Virus record (IMG/VR): IMGVR_UViG_3300036770_005357
Strand: one strand, 5' to 3'
Length of the DNA: 64,000 nt
DNA from: a virus
Lineage: Duplodnaviria; Caudoviricetes
Positions 56,634-64,000 of the stretch are shown in pieces. The notes beneath the pieces were generated by a model. That model saw nothing but the letters and a program-made list of their open reading frames with translations, ran no database searches and was not told where the DNA came from. The first letter of the stretch is position 1. Each line of letters starts with the position of its first letter. The translations under genes and the position numbers were made by a program.

Positions 56634-57536
56634 TTAAGTTTTGGCTTGATGTTTTGCGGCATCAACCATTGATTTTTTAGCATCTACAGTTTTCTTAGCA
56701 TTATTATATGTAACTTCAGCTGCATCTTTTTCTTCAGGTGTAGTAGCATTATCATACTTTTCTTTGGCAAGATTATATTTTTCTTGAGCGTCATCAAGTT
56801 CTGCTTGTCTTTGTGCTACTAACGCTAAATTAGCTTTGTGTGTTGCCGACTTTACTTTAGCTTCATCTTCTTTGAGAATATTACGAATAATAGATTTTAA
56901 AGCTTTTTTTTGTGATTCAGTAAGTTGTAATTCGCCTAATTTAGTATCCATAATGTTTTGTACGATTTTACTATACTTTCCAAATAAATCAGTTATAAAT
57001 AATTTCTTTTCTTCCGGTGATAAAGATACATATTGTTTTCTTAATTCACTCGCACTCGTTGCTGGTTTACCCAATACAGTAAATGTAGTTGTAGGCACAG
57101 TATCAATATAACCATGTTTTATAGCAGGTTGTAATTTATCTAATTTTTTAGGAAGTGGTTGTAAATACGACGGACTGCCATCCTTTTTAGTAAATTTGCT
57201 AAATCTGGGATCCTCAGACATGTCCTTTTCACTGACAGCAAAAATTACACTATCTCTATTTAAATCAATAGGTATTTTACCTTCTAAATTTGTTATATTA
57301 TAATTTTGAGTAACATTAAGTATTTTGTTCGCCGGTATACCCGTCAATGTCATCATTTGTAATTTTTCGTTGAAATCAAAAGGCGATTTAGGTAATTCCA
57401 CTTTATCGGTAGTTGTTATATATACATCACTACCACCGTATTTTGTACTTAAATAATCATATACTCCTTTGTGACCCTTGTGGAAAGGATGAAATCTACC
57501 GGGATAAATTACAAATAATTTTTTACCTAATTGCAT
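56634..57536 (-). CDS. HIGH-motif nucleotidyltransferase (cytidylyltransferase/NadM-like) with coiled-coil tail
   Basis: YPGRFHPFHKGH, SPF, SASELR. Confidence 0.75.
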   Translation of the reverse strand: MQLGKKLFVIYPGRFHPFHKGHKGVYDYLSTKYGGSDVYITTTDKVELPKSPFDFNEKLQMMTLTGIPANKILNVTQNYNITNLEGKIPIDLNRDSVIFAVSEKDMSEDPRFSKFTKKDGSPSYLQPLPKKLDKLQPAIKHGYIDTVPTTTFTVLGKPATSASELRKQYVSLSPEEKKLFITDLFGKYSKIVQNIMDTKLGELQLTESQKKALKSIIRNILKEDEAKVKSATHKANLALVAQRQAELDDAQEKYNLAKEKYDNATTPEEKDAAEVTYNNAKKTVDAKKSMVDAAKHQAKT

Positions 57537-57548
57537 ATAATAATAAAT

Positions 57549-57582
57549 AGAAAAACCCCAGCGTTTGCTGGGGTTCTTTTTT
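57549..57582. terminator. Bidirectional Rho-independent terminator after the tail tube gene
   Basis: AACCCCAGC/GCTGGGGTT stem, 4-nt loop, flanked by A- and T-tracts. Confidence 0.88.
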
Positions 57583-57594
57583 GTAAAACATCTC

Positions 57595-58086
57595 TTAGTA
57601 TTGGAGAATTGCGTAGTCGTATGCTACACCAACAGTGATCATTTGAGCAGCACCGTCATCGCTCCAATCCATATCGGTGAAATCGGCACTGGTAATGAAA
57701 GCACCCTTCAATTGCCATTCTTCTACTTTATCGCCTACAGGTCCGAGAACATTAATGGTTATATCCTTCTTATAGAAGTCTTGATAACCATCACGACCTG
57801 TTACAGATTCGTGGTGCAAACGAACCCATTCCATTACTGCTTGAGCGCCAGAAGGAACAATTGGATCATAAAGTTCCATTGATACTTCATCCCAAACGCT
57901 CTTACCCTTATAGTAAGTCTTGACATTGATGTGATCAAGTTCTTTCTTAGCTTGAGTAAGTTTAGGGCGGTTAACCTTCTTTACGATAAATGACGGAATA
58001 CCGTCAACATAAAGAATAAATCGGTTTTTAACCTTTGGTTCAAACGCCGTATAAAATATTTCACTCGGATTTAGTAATTCTGCCAT
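57595..58086 (-). CDS. Tail tube protein (T4 gp19-like)
   Basis: NRF, RPKL, W..VSM.LYDPI, VMEW, YKKDI....LGP.G..VE.W.L.GAF......W. Confidence 0.9.
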   Translation of the reverse strand: MAELLNPSEIFYTAFEPKVKNRFILYVDGIPSFIVKKVNRPKLTQAKKELDHINVKTYYKGKSVWDEVSMELYDPIVPSGAQAVMEWVRLHHESVTGRDGYQDFYKKDITINVLGPVGDKVEEWQLKGAFITSADFTDMDWSDDGAAQMITVGVAYDYAILQY

Positions 58087-58112
58087 AATTTTTACCTTTC
58101 TTTACTGTTTAT

Positions 58113-58120
58113 TATAAATA
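58113..58120 (-). promoter_or_regulatory. TATTTATA putative late-promoter motif
   Basis: 26 nt upstream of the tube ATG; AGAAAGGT SD between them. Confidence 0.5.
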
Positions 58121-58194
58121 TAAAAAAAATAAATATTTTTTATTTATTGTAAAAATTTATTAATATTTATCTATATACGAACCCAAAGTTAATT

Positions 58195-59706
58195 ATGAGT
58201 AGACCAAAAAATAATCCAGACTTTGTTAATAAAACATGTAAACATTGTAATGGTGTATATAGCGTTTCATTTTATAAAAGAAAAAAATCCACTTATTGTA
58301 GTAAGAAGTGTGCCAATTCCGATATAGATGTTTTAAATAAAATGAGAAGTTCCCAGTCAGAAACATATAAAGAAAAATATGGTGGTTTGCATCCGATGCA
58401 GACAAGAGAAACACAAAGTAATTTTCAAAAAGCAATTCTTGCTAAATATGGCGTAACTAGTTATAGCAAGCTTAAAGAGTATAATGTTAAAGTAAGAAAG
58501 ACTAAGCTGGATCGTTATGGCGATGAAAACTATACAAACATTCAAAAAATAAAATCTACTTGTCTAGAAAAGTACGGCGTTGATAATGTATTAAAGTCCG
58601 ATAAAATCCGTGACGAAATAAAAAATAAATCAAAACAAATAAGATATGAATTTTTAAAAAATTATTGTACCGTTAGAAACATAACGCCATTATTTAGTGA
58701 CAGTGAATATATCGGATATTCATTTAGAAACAAATATAAGTTTTTGTGTAATAAATGTAATAAGCAATTTGAAACGGATGTTTATAGGATCAATCATATT
58801 TTTTGTAATTACTGTAATCCTTTAGATAAAGATACAATTGAAAATGAAATATATTTGTTTGTAAAATCAATTGTTGCAAATGATATTGTTATAAAAAGAA
58901 AAGATAGAACGGTTTTAAATGGTAAAGAGTTGGATATTTATATACCTTCAAAAAATATAGCAATTGAATTTAACGGACTTTATTGGCACAGTGAGAATGG
59001 TAATAATATTAAAAAAACATATCATTTAAATAAAAGTCGTAGTTGTATTTCAAAAAGCATACGGTTGATTCATATTTTTGAAAACGAATGGGTTTATAAA
59101 AAAGAAATTGTTAAATCTATACTATGTAACATTTTGCAAGTTAATACAAATAAAATTTATGCGAGAAATTGTGTTGTTAAGAATGTAAGCCAAAATGAAA
59201 AAAATATTTTTTTAGAACATAACCATATTCAAGGCAAAGACAAATCTTCTATTCAATATGGTTTGTTTAATAACGGGGAACTCGTATCAGTAATGACCTT
59301 TGTTAAATCTAGATTTGATAAAAAAATACAGTATGAAATGTATAGATATTGTAATAAATTAAACACAAACATTATAGGAGGTGCTTCTAAATTATTTAAA
59401 CAATTTTTGGAAGACTATTCTCCTGATACAATAGTGTCTTACAGTGATAGAAGATATTTTAATGGTACAATTTACCAAACCCTCGGCTTTAATTTTATTG
59501 AAAATACACCACCAAATTATTGGTACATAAGTCCTGATTACAAATCGTTACATAATAGAATGACTTTTCAAAAGCATAAGCTTATAAAAGCATTGGAAAA
59601 ATATGATCCAACTTTAACCGAGTGGGAAAATATGTTACAGAACGGTTTTGATAGAATTTGGGATTGCGGCAATGGTAAATGGATTTGGAACTTAATCTAT
59701 ACTTAA
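58195..59706 (+). mobile_element. Hef-like homing endonuclease (Zn fingers, KYGV repeats, PD-(D/E)XK, Mom/GNAT-like C-terminus), antisense insertion
   Basis: CKHC...CSKKC, KYGV repeats, ELDIYIP...IEFNGLYWH, GGASKL, IVSYSDRR, RIWDCG. Confidence 0.8.
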
Positions 59707-60858
59707 TTTTTTATCAATCAAGTTTTTAGATGTGTCTTTAATCTTATTGATGTAACCTTTTGTTCTCAATAACTTGAATACCAAGTTTTCCGTGCTATAT
59801 TCACCTACACTATCTAAACCGGTTTGACGCATATCATATATCTTTTTCATTAACTTCTTAAGTGCATCAATATCTTCACTTTCTACTGCTTTATCTATTC
59901 TAGCGGTTAAATCTTTATACTTTTTCTTTATAGCGTCTTTATCAATATCTAAATCCTCGTATTCAGGCTTTAAAACCCACTTATCATTTAATATGCTGTA
60001 TACTGCTTGACTTTTGTTTTTTTCGTCTATGTCTTGTATATAAACTTCAACCGGGTGATTGCCTACTCTTATGTGATGATTTTGATTCCAATTGCTTTTA
60101 AGTGCATCAACATATCCTTTTACTAAATCTTTATTTTCGTCAATATCTTTAAAATCAATTAATATATGTAAATCAATATCGCTTGTGGGAGTCCAGTTAT
60201 AACCCGCACTACTACCTATCATTAGTATATCTTTTATAGGCGCTTCTAATTCAGTATTTTCATAAAAGGCTTTGCCTATTTCTTTGAGTGATTTAAGCAC
60301 ATCTTGCTTAAGATTATCATTCTCATCAAAAAGTTGGGGGTTAAGTATACTATTATAAATTCTATTAGATTCTTTTATACCGGTTAATTCTTTTAACTTA
60401 TTAATAGTGTCTATGCTATTTTTATGTAATATGGCTTTACCACCAGCTTTTACAAACTCATCAACATTTTGAGGCTTGTCATCAATTAATATACTATCAG
60501 GTGTAGCAAATTTAGCTTTATCGGTTGATTTGCTAACAAGATTAGGCTTAAGCTTAATATTGTTATTTTTAAGCCAAATTAACTTACCTTTAGTTGCAGC
60601 TGAGTTTGGTGCATGACTTAATATTTCAGTGTTGCAACAATTCAAAAAATTGTAAAGTAATTCACCATCAGTCATCCACGGCAATGTAGCATAATACTCA
60701 CTGCCTTTATCGTTAACTAATTGATAACGAGCTTCTTTGCCTTTGTCAGCTTCATATTGTTCAACAGGTATACCACCACTAAAGCGTTCAAATTGCTTAG
60801 CCCAATCAGCAATTACTCCATCCATATCCAAATATACTTTAAACTTAGGTACTTTCAT
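59692..60858 (-). CDS. Fusion of HAD 5'(3')-nucleotidase-like domain and Pol-beta-fold nucleotidyltransferase
   Basis: YLDMDGVIAD and LIDD; then GSSA.YN....SDIDLH and VEVY. Confidence 0.8.
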   Translation of the reverse strand: MKVPKFKVYLDMDGVIADWAKQFERFSGGIPVEQYEADKGKEARYQLVNDKGSEYYATLPWMTDGELLYNFLNCCNTEILSHAPNSAATKGKLIWLKNNNIKLKPNLVSKSTDKAKFATPDSILIDDKPQNVDEFVKAGGKAILHKNSIDTINKLKELTGIKESNRIYNSILNPQLFDENDNLKQDVLKSLKEIGKAFYENTELEAPIKDILMIGSSAGYNWTPTSDIDLHILIDFKDIDENKDLVKGYVDALKSNWNQNHHIRVGNHPVEVYIQDIDEKNKSQAVYSILNDKWVLKPEYEDLDIDKDAIKKKYKDLTARIDKAVESEDIDALKKLMKKIYDMRQTGLDSVGEYSTENLVFKLLRTKGYINKIKDTSKNLIDKKLSID

Positions 60859-60862
60859 CTAT

Positions 60863-60870
60863 TATAAATA
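60863..60870 (-). promoter_or_regulatory. TATTTATA putative late-promoter motif
   Basis: 4 nt before the ATG at 60858. Confidence 0.5.
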
Positions 60871-61033
60871 GGTAATATTCAGTGTTATTTTTATAAAAAG
60901 TACCTATGCTTTAAGCAGCTTATTATATAAGCATTTATTATATTTTATATCTCATCAAGTACTTTCAGTTCATCAAAGCGCTTGCTTATACTTATACTTT
61001 CTATAAATTCAAAAGTCAAAAAAAATATTTATT

Positions 61034-61237
61034 TTATTTTTGATTTGTTTCTAATGATTGATTAAATTGTTCTTGTGACATTCTGACTACCACTGAATTT
61101 TTCCGTCTCTCCAATTCCATATCTATCAAATCTAAATTTTTTTGCAGCCTTTTAATTTCGACTGTTGTATCATATGCAAACGCTTTTAATTCAATATCAC
61201 TCAATTCAAAAACAGGTTTATTCGTGTTCATATTCAT
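61034..61237 (-). CDS. Small coiled-coil hypothetical protein
   Basis: ELKAFAYD...L..NL..I..EL; coupled to the upstream GT. Confidence 0.6.
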   Translation of the reverse strand: MNMNTNKPVFELSDIELKAFAYDTTVEIKRLQKNLDLIDMELERRKNSVVVRMSQEQFNQSLETNQK

Positions 61238-62256
61238 ATATATTCACTTAATATATTATCTATTTTTTTTAAAAATCGTTCTTTTGTGAATTGACTAGCA
61301 TGTTTAGCGGCCAAATAACCTTTGTGTTTTACTTCATCTCGGTTATTATAACAATATATCATTTTTTCAATCATATCATCTTCGTTAAATTCACTCCACT
61401 TACCACTATGTTCGCCCCAGTGATTTTTACTATACACTTCTTCGTATTTTATTTCAAATCCAACTTGATTGTTAATAAATTCTTTTAATCCTCCATAAGA
61501 TGTATATATCACGGGTCTACCACAACACATACTTTCTTGTTGCATCATTCCCCATCCTTCACAGGTAACGCCGCTTACATATACATCCAAATTATAATAC
61601 CAATCACATAATTCGTTTTGATTGTATGTGGCACTGATGTATTTTATACGAGAATCAAATATTTTATTTGTAATAGATGTACATGTTTTAACTTGTAATT
61701 CAACATCGTTAAATCCACGAAACGCTTTGATAAAACAGTTAATAACTTTATTTAAATTTTTACGAGGATCTTCATTTGCAACTCCAAATATAAATTTATT
61801 TTTATCATTATGTTTCTTATAAGAAAAAAAATTTGTGTCACAAAATAAAGGTACAACATCTATTTTTGTATTTAATCCTTGGTTTTTAAAATTAATTTTA
61901 TTATAGTTGTTTGGTACCATTATATGATGGAATTTACTTAATATTTCAATCATTAAATCATTAATTTTCGTAGATTCCCACATTGTAAATAATACTCTAG
62001 GCCTATCAAACGAAATATGTGTAAAAACATTATGCATTGATATATCATTTGATAGACCAAGCAAACATAAATCCAATAAATCGGAATCGTAAGTATAATT
62101 TTTGTCAAAAAATGAAAGATATTTTTCGGATATTGGAGTGTAAGATCTCGGTATTACATTATATCCATTTTTTGGCAAATCATTTAATAAAGTATACAAC
62201 AAGTTTCCATAACCAGATTCAAAATTGTATGTCGATGTTAGTGTAATATTTTTCAA
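61234..62256 (-). CDS. GT4-family glycosyltransferase in the fibre operon
   Basis: SGYG, TMWES, VP...N, RKN, EGWGMMQQES..CGRPVI...YGG. Confidence 0.85.
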   Translation of the reverse strand: MKNITLTSTYNFESGYGNLLYTLLNDLPKNGYNVIPRSYTPISEKYLSFFDKNYTYDSDLLDLCLLGLSNDISMHNVFTHISFDRPRVLFTMWESTKINDLMIEILSKFHHIMVPNNYNKINFKNQGLNTKIDVVPLFCDTNFFSYKKHNDKNKFIFGVANEDPRKNLNKVINCFIKAFRGFNDVELQVKTCTSITNKIFDSRIKYISATYNQNELCDWYYNLDVYVSGVTCEGWGMMQQESMCCGRPVIYTSYGGLKEFINNQVGFEIKYEEVYSKNHWGEHSGKWSEFNEDDMIEKMIYCYNNRDEVKHKGYLAAKHASQFTKERFLKKIDNILSEYI

Positions 62257-62525
62257 TTTGGTATATAATAACTACCTATAACACTCTGTTCAGTTAATAA
62301 TTTATTTGCTGTGACCGCCATGGAAGAACTTAACATGGAAAATGCCGTATCAATACATTCTTCAGTGGTTTTTCCAATAAACTGAGATCCTGTTAATACA
62401 GTTTCGTGATACGCTGATATCGACTCGTCATCCACATGCACTAGATTAAACCCGACGATTTTAGCGGGAGTCTCGCCTAATTTATGATCAGAATATCTTA
62501 TAATTTTAAATTTAATATTTTTCAT
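62253..62525 (-). CDS. Small fibre-associated hypothetical protein
   Basis: 90-aa ORF coupled between the fibre gene and the GT. Confidence 0.6.
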   Translation of the reverse strand: MKNIKFKIIRYSDHKLGETPAKIVGFNLVHVDDESISAYHETVLTGSQFIGKTTEECIDTAFSMLSSSMAVTANKLLTEQSVIGSYYIPN

Positions 62526-62528
62526 ATA

Positions 62529-63179
62529 TTATCCCCACAATCTTATATAATATGTTCCAGCTACAACGGATGTCGCTGGACCCACATTGGCGCCAATTTT
62601 TACCGCCAACCATCCTTTAAAAACACTAAAATTTGCACTGTTAGTAGATCCATTTCCACCACAATTTGTAAATTCTAAAGCTGGTTTACTTGTACCACCC
62701 GCATTTATAAGCAATTTTCCATCAGTAGAGTTTATTCCAGCTGCAGCACCTATACCAGTATTACCCGTTATAGTACATGTACCTCCCACATCCAATGTAT
62801 ATGCAGCTCCGGTTGTACCATTGCCTACTGAAAGACCTGTACCTCCAATATTAGCTGTATAAGTACCACCGTTATTTACAAAATAAATTAATTGTCCCGA
62901 TGAAGCGTTTAAATATGTGTTTCCAACAGGACCGTGCATTAAACAATAATTAGTGGTAGTACCGCCGGTATTAGTTGTAGCTGCATGATAAAAGCTAGCA
63001 TAATCTCCCCAAGATGGATGTCTACCTACTACAGCATTTCCAGCTCTAAATAAACAATAATTTGCACTATTATTCCAAGCTAATGATCCTGTAAGATCTA
63101 ATTTATATGAAGGCGGTGTAGCGGATGTAACAAGAACCCTTAAACTGCTTGTAACACCTGTTAATTGTAATTGTGCCAT
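62529..63179 (-). CDS. Gly/Thr/Asn-rich small tail fibre or fibre-tip protein
   Basis: GLSVGNGT, TLDVGGT, GNTGIG fibre motifs; C-terminal GWLAVKIG...YYIRLW. Confidence 0.6.
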   Translation of the reverse strand: MAQLQLTGVTSSLRVLVTSATPPSYKLDLTGSLAWNNSANYCLFRAGNAVVGRHPSWGDYASFYHAATTNTGGTTTNYCLMHGPVGNTYLNASSGQLIYFVNNGGTYTANIGGTGLSVGNGTTGAAYTLDVGGTCTITGNTGIGAAAGINSTDGKLLINAGGTSKPALEFTNCGGNGSTNSANFSVFKGWLAVKIGANVGPATSVVAGTYYIRLWG

Positions 63180-63196
63180 ACTTTATATAACTATAA

Positions 63197-64000
63197 TTAT
63201 AATCCCAACTTTTTATTTATTATATTTATTTGTTCTTGTTGTTTATCAATTAAATCAACAATTTCTTTTATGCCTTGTATTAACACTGCGGTTAATTTCG
63301 TATAATTAACACCGCTTAATTTACCATTGTGATCATAACTTACAAATTCAGGATAAATTTTTTCAACTTGTTCAGCTATCAAACCTATCATCAATTCAGA
63401 TTTAGGATCATTTTTATATCTAAAATATACAGGTACTAAAGAAAGTATCTTTTGTAAATGTGGAGGTATTAATGGCGTTATATCAGTTTTACTACCTTCT
63501 GTAGATGTTTCAACTAACGAACCAGCAACAGTAAGCGTTGTTCCAGAAACACTTAAGAAACTTACACTTTGTAATGTAGTTGTACTTGTTGTTTTTACAA
63601 GATAATCGGGTTGATTTGTAAACGAACCACCACTTATACCACTTGTACCTGCAGGAGCACTTAAACCGGAAGTTCCTTGTGTACCGCTGCTACCACTTGT
63701 ACTATTACTACCGCTTGTACCCGCAGCCCCACTCTTACCAGCACTACCATTTGTTCCGCTACTACCGCTTGTGTTGCTACTACCACTTGTACCAGCAGCA
63801 CCATTTGCACCGTTACTACCGTTTGTTCCGCTACTACCGCTTGTGTTGCTACTACCGCTTGTACCAGCAGCACCGCTCTTGCCTGCTGTACCATCTGTAC
63901 CGCTACTACCGCTTGTGTTGCTACTACCGCTTGTACCCGCAGCCCCACTCTTACCAGCACTACCATTTGTTCCGCTACTACCGCTTGTGTTGCTACTACC
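63197..64000 (-). CDS. Collagen-like tail fibre with C-terminal peptidase S74 intramolecular chaperone (start lies beyond the window)
   Basis: Frame open from 64000. G-X-Y repeats, then ETSTEGSKTDI, V.F.Y, IGLIAEQVEKIYPE, VNY..L...L..IKE. Confidence 0.9.
   Translation of the reverse strand, partial: GSSNTSGSSGTNGSAGKSGAAGTSGSSNTSGSSGTDGTAGKSGAAGTSGSSNTSGSSGTNGSNGANGAAGTSGSSNTSGSSGTNGSAGKSGAAGTSGSNSTSGSSGTQGTSGLSAPAGTSGISGGSFTNQPDYLVKTTSTTTLQSVSFLSVSGTTLTVAGSLVETSTEGSKTDITPLIPPHLQKILSLVPVYFRYKNDPKSELMIGLIAEQVEKIYPEFVSYDHNGKLSGVNYTKLTAVLIQGIKEIVDLIDKQQEQINIINKKLGL
63630..64000 (-). repeat. 72-nt (24-aa) collagen-like tandem repeat GTS GSS NTS GSS GTN GSA GKS GAA
   Basis: About four units plus a degenerate one; units 1 and 4 are nucleotide-identical, 216 nt apart. 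Confidence 0.9.

Noticed and set aside
60871-61033. ncRNA or tRNA in the 163-nt intergenic gap with short palindromes (e.g. GCTTAT-TAT-ATAAGC at 60918-60932)
   Set aside because: Only weak AT-rich 4-6-bp stems; no cloverleaf, T-loop or CCA signature. Cannot be supported without a covariance search.
63661-63966. ORF-track 101-aa Val/Ala/Gln-rich ORF
   Set aside because: It is an off-frame reading of the collagen repeat. The true frame runs 64000 to 63197 and includes the track's 63197..63394 fragment.
1-64000. Giant eukaryotic virus origin, suggested by AT richness, sugar enzymes and collagen
   Set aside because: Tail tube, tape measure, LysM baseplate, S74 chaperone, sigma70 promoters, SD sites, Rho-independent terminators and overlapping operons indicate a tailed bacteriophage.

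Overview
A strongly AT-rich, gene-dense 64-kb segment of a large T4-like (contractile-tail type) bacteriophage genome in the standard genetic code. No rRNA, tRNA or CRISPR array was found. (1) 1-22 kb, + strand: a Cas4-like nuclease, an RHH regulator and dUTPase, plus an ~19-kb glycan locus with ~11 glycosyltransferase-like ORFs, four NDP-sugar enzymes, a sugar C-methyltransferase, a TylF-type O-methyltransferase and further SAM methyltransferases, but no flippase, polymerase or exporter. (2) 22-46 kb, - strand: replication, repair and nucleotide genes (dNMP kinase, clamp-loader small subunit, UvsE, NrdJ, DnaB/gp41 helicase, 5' exonuclease, RecA/UvsX, gp32-like SSB, a small PolA-like protein), mixed with a DruA-like gene, a MoxR-VWA pair, a TM-PAS protein and a repeat fibre. 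(3) 46-64 kb, mostly - strand: baseplate, tape measure, tail chaperone, tail tube and fibre genes, two late nucleotidyltransferases, a homing endonuclease and a fibre-linked glycosyltransferase. Signals outside the ORF track: a start-less 75-codon ORF apparently reachable only by a +1/-2 frameshift at a U7 tract (gpG/gpGT-like); seven AATTA repeats in a G-free SSB leader (gp32-type translational operator); a coding-strand TATTTAT(A/T) motif before ~12 mostly late genes (reverse complement of the T4 late promoter); five sigma70 promoters positioned for leaderless mRNAs; and an ATATGT operator array before the RHH gene. All family assignments come from recognising motifs by eye, not from database searches.
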